A stretch of 44,062 nt of DNA from Collodictyon triciliatum (Eukaryota): the NCBI GenBank assembly GCA_043381765.1, contig JBHJMP010000846.1:1-44062 (forward strand), in the 5' to 3' direction. Numbering within the stretch: position 1 is the first letter of the stretch; each line of letters starts with the position of its first letter. Below the pieces are notes generated by a model. It worked only from the letters and a program-made list of their open reading frames with translations. It ran no database searches and was not told the origin of the DNA. This document shows positions 35,981 to 44,062 of this stretch, piece by piece. The position numbers were made by a program, and so were the translations under genes.

Positions 35981-37240
35981 ATGACCGATAAACAAACTCT
36001 CAAAAAATCCTTATGGGATGATATGCTCGATAAATTATTCAACAAGACACCCATCCATACCAATTCAGTCGAGGCCTTGTATGTTGCAGCCAAGCCATAT
36101 AGCATACCACACACCTATGTCAGAGACTGGCTAGCCAAGCAACCAGACTGGCAAGTAATGCACAAGAAGCAACCCAAGCGCAATACTCCCACTGTTGTAC
36201 GATATAAGCCTGGATACCTGCAGATGGACTTTGTTGATATCACTGACTTGAATTCATTTAAGCACACACACCTTCTCAATTTTGTAGACGTATACACCCG
36301 CCAAGCCTTTTCATTCCCTACTGTAGATAGATCTCAAAAGAGTGTCATCGATGCAATCAGAAAATTAATTGAGGTCTATCCCGTTGTGAATGTCCTTCAA
36401 AGTGACAATGCCCCTGAGTTCAACGACAAGGAAAATAAAAAGAAAGAAGGCAAACCCATCACCGAGTTTCTCAAAGCCAATAACATCAGACAAGTCTTTT
36501 CAACCATTGCCACGCCTACCGCCAATGCATACGTCGAACGATTCAATGGCACAATCAAACGTATACTCTATGGCTACAAATCTAAAACTGGCAAGGACCC
36601 TCTACCCGACATTGATTCATTCGTTGAACACTTTAATAAAACTAAAAACGCAGACACCAAAGTTGAACCTGCCCTTGCTATGCATCCTGACAAACAAGAA
36701 ACCCTCGAGGAAAATACAAAGATGTATCACGTCAAAAAAAATAAAGCGTCCCAAGCTGAACTCAGTGTTGGTGACAATGTCAGAGTCTCACTAGAAAAAT
36801 CTGTAATGAATGCAGAACTCAAAAACGAAATCAGAGACAAGTTCAAAGGTAATAAGCCCAAGTGGTCTTATGACCTTTACAAAGTTAAAAAAATATTCAA
36901 ACCCAAAGATGATTCATTCTCTACTACCTTCTATCAAGTAGACGGCGGCAAGGACTGGAAATGGCTTGACGGAAAAAAATTCCAACGACACGATTTATTA
37001 TTGGTCGACCAAGAAACTAAACCCGAAAGGTATGTACCTAAATACCAGCTCGTCAAGTTTACAGATTTATACAAAGAACCTGTCGGCGCTGGACGACCAG
37101 CCAAACAAAATGTCAAGCCAAAGAAAAACCCTGTTGGACGCCCACGCAAACCCGTCGACCCCAATGCACCTACCCCTGTTAAAAGACCTAGAGGCAGACC
37201 ACGCAAAGTTATTATTGAGGAGCCTGATGATGAGGACTAG
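35981..37240 (+). CDS. Retroviral-type (rve/DDE) integrase of Polinton/Maverick type with C-terminal AT-hooks
   Basis: LQMDFVD / LQSDNAPEF / NAYVERFNGTIKR supply the D,D,E triad. LSVGDNVRV...PKWSYDLYKV is the Polinton integrase C-terminal motif. GRPAK, GRPRKP and RPRGRPRK are AT-hook motifs. Confidence 0.93.
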   Translation: MTDKQTLKKSLWDDMLDKLFNKTPIHTNSVEALYVAAKPYSIPHTYVRDWLAKQPDWQVMHKKQPKRNTPTVVRYKPGYLQMDFVDITDLNSFKHTHLLNFVDVYTRQAFSFPTVDRSQKSVIDAIRKLIEVYPVVNVLQSDNAPEFNDKENKKKEGKPITEFLKANNIRQVFSTIATPTANAYVERFNGTIKRILYGYKSKTGKDPLPDIDSFVEHFNKTKNADTKVEPALAMHPDKQETLEENTKMYHVKKNKASQAELSVGDNVRVSLEKSVMNAELKNEIRDKFKGNKPKWSYDLYKVKKIFKPKDDSFSTTFYQVDGGKDWKWLDGKKFQRHDLLLVDQETKPERYVPKYQLVKFTDLYKEPVGAGRPAKQNVKPKKNPVGRPRKPVDPNAPTPVKRPRGRPRKVIIEEPDDED

Positions 37241-37800
37241 TCTTTATTCTTTTTTGGTCGACCACGCGGCCGCTTCGGCGCAGACTCCTTCGGCTCAGGC
37301 TCGACCACCTTGCGCTTCTTAGCAGCAATCATCTCCTCAATATCAGCCAGCTGCTTGTCCATCTCCTCGACCTCCACCTCAGTCTTGACCTTCTGTTTTT
37401 CAGCTCGACCCTCCACTGCCTTCTTAATTCCCTTCTTCATCACATCCTTGTATTCCTTCTTTGACTTGAAAAACATATGCACGTCATTCACATCCACACT
37501 CCAAGCTCTGCCTCGATTCACTGAATCCAAATTGCCGTATCGAAAGCCAATGATATTTTTGCCCTCTGCACCTGCAATCTTAGCCTTGCCCTCATCTGGG
37601 ATAAAGCTAACGTAACCACCTTTCACGTATCGGTCTTGAACCTCCTTGCCTGCATATTGCCCGTGCACATATTTGCGAGCTTTGGCAAAATATGAAATGT
37701 AGTCCATCACCTTGATATCCTTCCATTCAATTGGGTCCCAGTTATCATCAAAGTCTTCAGGCAACTTCTCACGAATATTCTGCGGTATCTTCATATCCAT
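37237..37800 (-). CDS. Hypothetical viral protein with coiled coil and C-terminal AT-hook
   Basis: Clean 187-aa ORF ending KRPRGRPKK; its stop overlaps the integrase stop in a CTAG. The core (YISYF...KGGYV...AWSVD...FFK) recalls small unannotated large-DNA-virus proteins (from memory, unverified). Confidence 0.8.
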   Translation of the reverse strand: MDMKIPQNIREKLPEDFDDNWDPIEWKDIKVMDYISYFAKARKYVHGQYAGKEVQDRYVKGGYVSFIPDEGKAKIAGAEGKNIIGFRYGNLDSVNRGRAWSVDVNDVHMFFKSKKEYKDVMKKGIKKAVEGRAEKQKVKTEVEVEEMDKQLADIEEMIAAKKRKVVEPEPKESAPKRPRGRPKKNKD

Positions 37801-37873
37801 TCCTACAATATATTTTTTTCAAATAAACGCAATTTAAAAACAACTTGACATAATAACTTAATTACAATCTAAA

Positions 37874-38167
37874 ATGAATAATCAATTTACACGTGAAGAA
37901 TATCAACAATTCAATATATTCTGTGTCCGCCTATTTCAGATGGATCTTGAAACCATCAAGTTATTAGTAGCTTCTGGTCACAAATTAAAAGCTCGCAACT
38001 CCGCCTATTACAAAAAAAGATTAATAAAAAAAAAGGCCACCCCTATGTTTATATTACCAGACGCGCAGCCCCCTCAGATTGACTACACAGAATTTGAACA
38101 TCGATTCCCCAAAGTTTACTCAACCGGAATGTCCTCTAGCGAATCTCTCTCCGACAAATCAAAATAA
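37874..38167 (+). CDS. Small basic hypothetical protein (97 aa)
   Basis: Fills the space between neighbours; A-rich start context (aaaATG); shares an upstream TTAAAAACA motif with the replicase gene. Confidence 0.6.
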   Translation: MNNQFTREEYQQFNIFCVRLFQMDLETIKLLVASGHKLKARNSAYYKKRLIKKKATPMFILPDAQPPQIDYTEFEHRFPKVYSTGMSSSESLSDKSK

Positions 38168-38192
38168 ATTGTGGCAATCACCACCATTCATT

Positions 38193-40475
38193 TTATTCTT
38201 TTGTGCGTGCTCTCTTGGCGCTGCTCACAATCTCATCAGTCAGAAAGTAACACTTCATATTGCTGTTATCCATCATCATCTTGCGAACCTCTTTATAGTC
38301 GCATTCATACTTACCACGCTTAACAGTAAATGGGTAGGTAGATTTGAAATTAGTCCAAATTGGATTATGAACAAATGACTTGAATTCTAACACTTTGTGA
38401 TTCGGTAATCTCTTTGCGCTAAACGTTTTGTAAATGTCATATATCTCATCAATGTGATGGCTAAAAGGAGTTGCGTCCTTTTCTTTATGCCATAGGTATT
38501 TACTTTTAAACACCAGCTCATAAGTGTCCCAGATGTAATCATTCCATTCAACAAACAAAAACTTTATAAATTGTTCAATGGGATGCATACTAGTTTCTGC
38601 CAACACTTCACAAGTCTCACTTTTGGGAAAGTCATTAAAGTTAAAATTGGCATCATATTCATTCATCAACACTTTTGTAAATATCTTGACAAACTCTTCA
38701 TTGTTTGTTTCCTTTGTTAACTGTGATATCTCTTGTGGAGTCAGTCTATACTCTTTCACATCAAATATAGGAAAGCGTCTCATATTGTCCCTTTCAAACA
38801 CAATACCGATTTCTTTGTTGGTGTTCAGAATATAATTAACTGTGTTTCGTACAGGATACGGATTGTGGTACAACATACGCACGTGATTCTCGTCACGGTC
38901 CACAGCTTCCTTAATGTCTCCTTGTAAACTCTTTGTTTTTGAGGTATCACTTTCTTCCAATATACACAACAGCTTATTAGCAATGTTCATATTCTTTTCT
39001 CCAAACACCTCAGACAAACCGGAATGTGTGCTGCCGTATTGCTTGCCTAGAACTTGTTGCACAAACATCCTATGAAAGAAAGCAGTCTTACCTGTCCCTC
39101 CTTTGTTGTTGCGGAATATCATCATCTTGCCAATTCGATAATTGGGTTGATACAGAATTCTCGCTAAGTATTGAATTACATATTTCTCAGATACAGGATT
39201 ACCCGCACATAGATACTGAGACAATTGCTTATAGGTCATACTACTCTTCCAAATAGTATAATCGGCTTCGCTCACAGTTTTAGCAATGTTAGTACAATAG
39301 CCTAGCCAGTCTTCCCATTGTTGTCCGTCAAATTCTGGAAAATACTTTTCAAATGCAAAGCCCTTGAAATAGTTGTAGGCCTTGGGGTTGCGTTCGTTTG
39401 TAAATCCGTCATAAGGTGAAAAGTCAAAGTACATAAAGCGTCGTTCTTTTGGTAAGAATAACTGCACAGTATCCCAAAATTTATCTCCAAATTGTTGACA
39501 ATAGGATGCGGCAGACTTTATATGTTCGGGCTTACGAGTAGGTTCATCTGGGTACTCGACAAACAAATTGCCAAGTAACATAAAATGAGTCTTTGCAAAT
39601 TCTTCTAATGGTGTGTCCGCTTTGATAGTAATTTCATTAGGCTCAAGTGTTGATTCAATAGGTTTAAAGCTAAATTCTACTTTGTACCCTGTCTGCTCTT
39701 CAATGTATCTTGTCAATTCGATATTCTTTTCATCTGGGTGACAATACTGTTCCTTGTTAACAAACAGCCCATCAAAATTGTACATCCCAATATCAACATT
39801 AGCTTCTTGTAATACACTAATCACTTTCTGCATTATTTTTGTTTCTTCAGTTTGCAACAAATATGCCAGACAGCTATATATGCGATTGTCGTGCTCAGAC
39901 AAACATTCGTCTGACTCTCGGAATTTCAACTTGTGCCATTCAGGATATTTTGAATATGCCATAGCAGCCAACATTTGCATTTCACTTTGCAGTTTCATAC
40001 TAAACTTGTCATTACTAACAAGTGCTTGTGTTTTGCCACTAAACGCTAACATCAAATATCTTTTCTTGACTTCCTTGCGAGTCTTATGTGTTAACTCCAT
40101 TGCCCTTTCAATTATACTATCACGGTTCTTTACATATTCCTCGATAGCTTCGTGATCTATATCCCATTTTTTTGCCAAACCCAAAGACAGAGCATAATGG
40201 CAGTTGACAATATCAAGGCTAGCATATTTATCCTTCAATAGATAATTACGAATGGGTTTATCAAGCATTCCCACTGAAATGCCACAAGGGTAGAATCTGC
40301 CAACTTTGAATTTTCTTAATTGCTTAGCATAGTCGTATTTAACTTTTAAGCCGTCCTTATCCATTTGCTTTTTGATAACACTTAGCTTCCCTTTTTCCTT
40401 TTTGCTGATTATTTCTTCTGGCTGCTTCAGCAGCTTTTTAATTGTAATGGGGTCGATTGATTCAACTAGTTCCAT
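38193..40475 (-). CDS. PolA-like (TV-Pol) primase-polymerase fused to SF3/D5-like helicase
   Basis: N-terminal half: GRFY..., motif A SLDIVNCH, motif B RKEVKKRYLMLAFSG, LQTEE, motif C NFDGLFV. C-terminal half: YLARILYQP, Walker A GGTGKT, Walker B LCILEE, motif C NYILNTN, then MRRF. Confidence 0.85.
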   Translation of the reverse strand: MELVESIDPITIKKLLKQPEEIISKKEKGKLSVIKKQMDKDGLKVKYDYAKQLRKFKVGRFYPCGISVGMLDKPIRNYLLKDKYASLDIVNCHYALSLGLAKKWDIDHEAIEEYVKNRDSIIERAMELTHKTRKEVKKRYLMLAFSGKTQALVSNDKFSMKLQSEMQMLAAMAYSKYPEWHKLKFRESDECLSEHDNRIYSCLAYLLQTEETKIMQKVISVLQEANVDIGMYNFDGLFVNKEQYCHPDEKNIELTRYIEEQTGYKVEFSFKPIESTLEPNEITIKADTPLEEFAKTHFMLLGNLFVEYPDEPTRKPEHIKSAASYCQQFGDKFWDTVQLFLPKERRFMYFDFSPYDGFTNERNPKAYNYFKGFAFEKYFPEFDGQQWEDWLGYCTNIAKTVSEADYTIWKSSMTYKQLSQYLCAGNPVSEKYVIQYLARILYQPNYRIGKMMIFRNNKGGTGKTAFFHRMFVQQVLGKQYGSTHSGLSEVFGEKNMNIANKLLCILEESDTSKTKSLQGDIKEAVDRDENHVRMLYHNPYPVRNTVNYILNTNKEIGIVFERDNMRRFPIFDVKEYRLTPQEISQLTKETNNEEFVKIFTKVLMNEYDANFNFNDFPKSETCEVLAETSMHPIEQFIKFLFVEWNDYIWDTYELVFKSKYLWHKEKDATPFSHHIDEIYDIYKTFSAKRLPNHKVLEFKSFVHNPIWTNFKSTYPFTVKRGKYECDYKEVRKMMMDNSNMKCYFLTDEIVSSAKRARTKE

Positions 40476-40559
40476 TTTCTTTGTTCTTACTATCCTATAG
40501 ACAAATGTTTTTAAGCCAGTAATTACAAAATAACAGGGGTTGTGTGTTCAAGTCCTCTT

Positions 40560-40820
40560 ATAATGGGGAGGGTTGAGTATTGGTTTAATTACTCCTTACT
40601 CTTTTATATGCCATTTTACTATGCACAAGTATATACACATCCTTACATACACAAGTCTATAATTATAAAGTTCATAGGATACCCTACCCCATTTTAAGGG
40701 GGAAAAAGTGGTAGGGTATCCTATAAAAAGTTTTCAAGGGGGATGTGACTTGGGGTTATGCAACCCTCCCCATTATTCAAAAATAACTGTAACAGGGCCA
40801 CGAAGAATAGAGTAAGGAGT
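40560..40820. other. Structured intergenic element: four inverted-repeat pairs, one crossing (candidate replication origin or ncRNA)
   Basis: A 40560-75/A' 40761-76 (16 bp); B 40591-602/B' 40809-20 (12 bp); C 40674-88/C' 40710-24 (15 bp); D 40626-30+40636-42/D' 40741-52. Confidence 0.7.
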
Positions 40821-40959
40821 TTTCTTTTTCCTGGCTCCGCTCACCCTTTTCTTTTTTGTAAAGAGCAAGTCAAGAAACATCTGGGCCTCCTCAAAAGTCA
40901 AAAATACGTGTTGTTCAGAATTAGGAGTATATAGTCGTAACATATATTAAGACTAGATA

Positions 40960-41682
40960 TTAATAAAGGATTTCTTCCGTAAAGTTTTTGTAGGCCTTGA
41001 TTTTACGAGGCGTCAAGAGATTTATGTAAAGAAAGCAATACGGATCAGCTGTCGCAAAGTCAAACAACTCGTCAAATACTTTCTGATCGAGATTTGTAAT
41101 TTCGTTTAGAGATTCCCGTTCGTGTTTGTTGTCTGTATAAAACGCAACCAGGTGACTTGCATTTTGCCGGATTTTCGGATTAAACAAACGAATCGCGTGC
41201 CCGACAATAATCATAGAAAGCCTGTAGTGTCGATGCTGGAGCATTTTCTTTAGTAGCACTTTACTAGGACGCTCAAATGAAGTCCCCAGATCGTCAACCA
41301 CCAATAAATAAGCATTGTCTTTAAAATCCGGGTCCTGAGTTATATCGGCTGTTATTGCTTCAAATATCTGTTCGTTAAAGTCGTCGTACATTCGACTCTT
41401 GTGAAACCTTACACCGTCATAGGAAGAGTCGTGTATTTCCCCACCTGAAATATTAGAAGAGCAAAAATATACTTTGTCGAATATCTTGTGATACATTTCC
41501 TTCTTTCCTAGCAAATTACTAATCAAGGTTGTTTTACCTGAAGCAACTTTTGCGCTTATCAACATCCAAAAAGGTCTATCTGATTTTGCATCCGGGAGTA
41601 TTTCTAAAACTACTTCACGCTTGTTTTTCTTTACAGTCTTCAACGGGGCAACATTAACGTCACTTACTTTTTTACTTTCCAT
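40960..41682 (-). CDS. A32/FtsK-HerA family genome-packaging ATPase
   Basis: Walker A variant ISAKVASGKTT, KVYFCS, Walker B YLLVVDDL, RHYRLSMIIVGH, and PKIRQNASH (arginine-finger region). Confidence 0.92.
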   Translation of the reverse strand: MESKKVSDVNVAPLKTVKKNKREVVLEILPDAKSDRPFWMLISAKVASGKTTLISNLLGKKEMYHKIFDKVYFCSSNISGGEIHDSSYDGVRFHKSRMYDDFNEQIFEAITADITQDPDFKDNAYLLVVDDLGTSFERPSKVLLKKMLQHRHYRLSMIIVGHAIRLFNPKIRQNASHLVAFYTDNKHERESLNEITNLDQKVFDELFDFATADPYCFLYINLLTPRKIKAYKNFTEEILY

Positions 41683-41688
41683 ACTTAT

Positions 41689-41862
41689 CTAGCGAAATAA
41701 AAGATTGGAATCATACGCCATCTCCCGAACCTGGGATTTGTCTACTATTTCCTTGGTTCTTCGCTTCTCGATTTTTCTGGCTTCTTCTTTTGTCAGATAC
41801 TGTTTAATAAGCGACAAGTCGTGCTGCATTGCAGTATAGTCGTGAATGGGCTTTTTTACAGC
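41689..41862 (-). CDS. C-terminal part of hypothetical viral protein (5' end in gap)
   Basis: Open frame AVKKPIHDYTAMQHDLSLIKQYLTKEEARKIEKRRTKEIVDKSQVREMAYDSNLLFR* ending 6 nt before the ATPase ATG. Confidence 0.65.
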   Translation of the reverse strand, partial: AVKKPIHDYTAMQHDLSLIKQYLTKEEARKIEKRRTKEIVDKSQVREMAYDSNLLFR

Positions 41863-42812
41863 NNNNNNNNNNNNNNNNNNNNNNNNNNNNNNNNNNNNNN
41901 NNNNNNNNNNNNNNNNNNNNNNNNNNNNNNNNNNNNNNNNNNNNNNNNNNNNNNNNNNNNNNNNNNNNNNNNNNNNNNNNNNNNNNNNNNNNNNNNNNNN
42001 NNNNNNNNNNNNNNNNNNNNNNNNNNNNNNNNNNNNNNNNNNNNNNNNNNNNNNNNNNNNNNNNNNNNNNNNNNNNNNNNNNNNNNNNNNNNNNNNNNNN
42101 NNNNNNNNNNNNNNNNNNNNNNNNNNNNNNNNNNNNNNNNNNNNNNNNNNNNNNNNNNNNNNNNNNNNNNNNNNNNNNNNNNNNNNNNNNNNNNNNNNNN
42201 NNNNNNNNNNNNNNNNNNNNNNNNNNNNNNNNNNNNNNNNNNNNNNNNNNNNNNNNNNNNNNNNNNNNNNNNNNNNNNNNNNNNNNNNNNNNNNNNNNNN
42301 NNNNNNNNNNNNNNNNNNNNNNNNNNNNNNNNNNNNNNNNNNNNNNNNNNNNNNNNNNNNNNNNNNNNNNNNNNNNNNNNNNNNNNNNNNNNNNNNNNNN
42401 NNNNNNNNNNNNNNNNNNNNNNNNNNNNNNNNNNNNNNNNNNNNNNNNNNNNNNNNNNNNNNNNNNNNNNNNNNNNNNNNNNNNNNNNNNNNNNNNNNNN
42501 NNNNNNNNNNNNNNNNNNNNNNNNNNNNNNNNNNNNNNNNNNNNNNNNNNNNNNNNNNNNNNNNNNNNNNNNNNNNNNNNNNNNNNNNNNNNNNNNNNNN
42601 NNNNNNNNNNNNNNNNNNNNNNNNNNNNNNNNNNNNNNNNNNNNNNNNNNNNNNNNNNNNNNNNNNNNNNNNNNNNNNNNNNNNNNNNNNNNNNNNNNNN
42701 NNNNNNNNNNNNNNNNNNNNNNNNNNNNNNNNNNNNNNNNNNNNNNNNNNNNNNNNNNNNNNNNNNNNNNNNNNNNNNNNNNNNNNNNNNNNNNNNNNNN
42801 NNNNNNNNNNNN
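41863..42812. other. Assembly gap (N run) inside the viral element
   Basis: N bases. Confidence 1.
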
Positions 42813-42849
42813 GCGGATTATTCCAGACATTTAATTTCTTGCCTAGAAT

Positions 42850-44062
42850 ATGGGTTTTTTCATAACAGAAGAAAAGGAACTACCGGAATTTTCCAATCAA
42901 GACGCAAACAAAATATTAAAAGTCGATCCGAGCGGGGTTTATCTACAGTGGCTGCAGGAGACGACGGCACCGGCTGAGCTTCCAAGTCAAACTGGAAATG
43001 CTGGACGTTTGCTGACAACAGACGGCACAACCGCGTCGTGGACAGATGCGCCATCAGTTAGTTCTCTCACTTGTTCAGGAAATATAACTTTATCAAGTAT
43101 AATTAGTCAATTAAGAAGGTCTGATAATGTAAATATAATTTTACAAGATGACTCAAGTACAGGTACGAGGACTATGACATTTAATATTGGTAATTCTAGT
43201 ATTTCTAGGAGAAGATTGTTTATACAGCAAGGGACATTTACTGTTGAAAATAGCCAATTTATTGTTAATAACGCGGTGACTCATTCAATATCAGGTATAT
43301 TAAACTTTCCCACAGCTGGCAGTGCATCCAACCCGACTTTGATGTTTGGAGACAACACAGACACACCAGTTGCGAGTCGAACAGGTATTTGGGGAACGGA
43401 TGACAACATATTTTTTGGCACGGCGGGGACGGAGAGAATGAATATAAGTAATACAGGAGCCAGCATAACGGGGAATCTTACCGTGACGGGACCCACAACA
43501 ATAAGTTCAACACTGACTTTAACAGCAAATAATGGATTTCGATGGAATGACAATGTATTTGTAACTGCTACAAATATAGCTAGTTCTACCTGTAGTATGA
43601 ATTTTTTCTGTTCAGATGGCGCACAGAAATCTCGGTTGAGACTTGACAAGTTTTTTGTAGCTGTAGATAACGTCCCTTTAAATTTAACTATAATGGGCAC
43701 CGCCAGCAACCCAGCATTAATATTCAATGACAATTTTAATCAGCCTTTAGCTGATCGTTCTGGTTTATACGGACCTGGTGATAATCAAATTGGTATTTCA
43801 ACAGGGGGAGTTCAAAGGGTCCTAGTAGACAATACAGGATTAAATGTATCTAACAATTTAACAGTAAATCAACAGATCATTCAACCAACCAATGTAATTA
43901 CTGTAACTGCCAACAGTCAAATTTTCGACCTGGGCGCAACATTTAGTAACAATGTTATGGTTAATATGGCGGGTTTTACACCTGTGGTATTAAGATTTCT
44001 TAGCTCTGGCTTTACAAATGGAATGTCATTTTATATTGTGCCGAATAGCAATTTATCAGGCG
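42850..44062 (+). CDS. Tail-fibre/spike-like structural protein, 3'-partial (>400 aa; absent from supplied ORF track)
   Basis: Frame +1 is open from ATG 42850 to the window end. It contains DANKILKVDPSGVYLQW, LPSQTGNAGRLLTTDGTTASW, and two repeats GSASNPTLMF...TGIWG...FGTAGTERMNISNTG / GTASNPALIF...SGLYGPGDNQIGISTGGVQRVLVDNTG, typical of phage-like fibre shafts. Confidence 0.82.
   Translation, partial: MGFFITEEKELPEFSNQDANKILKVDPSGVYLQWLQETTAPAELPSQTGNAGRLLTTDGTTASWTDAPSVSSLTCSGNITLSSIISQLRRSDNVNIILQDDSSTGTRTMTFNIGNSSISRRRLFIQQGTFTVENSQFIVNNAVTHSISGILNFPTAGSASNPTLMFGDNTDTPVASRTGIWGTDDNIFFGTAGTERMNISNTGASITGNLTVTGPTTISSTLTLTANNGFRWNDNVFVTATNIASSTCSMNFFCSDGAQKSRLRLDKFFVAVDNVPLNLTIMGTASNPALIFNDNFNQPLADRSGLYGPGDNQIGISTGGVQRVLVDNTGLNVSNNLTVNQQIIQPTNVITVTANSQIFDLGATFSNNVMVNMAGFTPVVLRFLSSGFTNGMSFYIVPNSNLSG

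Larger units (their letters stand above)
35777..44062. mobile_element. Endogenous Polinton-like virus / virophage-type element (right end beyond window)
   Basis: Abrupt switch to intronless, tightly packed ORFs: rve integrase, TV-Pol-SF3 helicase, A32-like packaging ATPase, fibre protein. The left boundary is inferred from the microsatellite/hairpin junction. Confidence 0.88.

Noticed and set aside
42813-42827. gcggattattccaga resembling 35945-35959 (possible TIR or second HSE)
   Set aside because: Same orientation, only 15 bp with a mismatch, at a gap edge, and may be the coding end (RIIPDI*) of a gene in the gap.
41821-42977. ORFs spanning N runs (also at 14242-14838 and 19055-19558)
   Set aside because: Artefacts of translating assembly gaps.
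43281-43733. Minus-strand 150-aa ORF
   Set aside because: Antisense shadow of the fibre gene on the plus strand.

Overview
AT-rich, intron- and microsatellite-rich eukaryotic DNA, probably from a protist (amoebozoan-like is a guess), with four N gaps. The host part (1-35.7 kb) holds: the 3' end of an L1/Tx1-type LINE ORF2; an intronless 1091-aa LRR gene; a 5-exon gene I reconstruct as an LRR + polycystin/TRP channel + SPRY fusion (1648 aa); coatomer beta' (COPB2/SEC27); a large multi-exon STAND/NLR-like gene (CH-DUF4062-NTPase-TPR-pentapeptide-WD40-Sel1); and an NHL-repeat gene. Several 23-55 bp retroposon tails flanked by 18-bp target-site duplications are scattered through it. From about 35,777 to the right edge lies an intronless, gene-dense endogenous Polinton-like virus/virophage-type element. 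It encodes an AT-hook rve integrase, a PolA-like (TV-Pol)-SF3 helicase fusion, an A32-type packaging ATPase and a phage-like fibre protein. Its non-coding features are a terminal 18-bp hairpin abutting a (TAA)n tract, a heat-shock-element-like array just before the integrase, and a pseudoknot-like set of inverted repeats upstream of the replicase. No capsid or protein-primed PolB gene is visible, but the element is cut by a gap and by the window edge.
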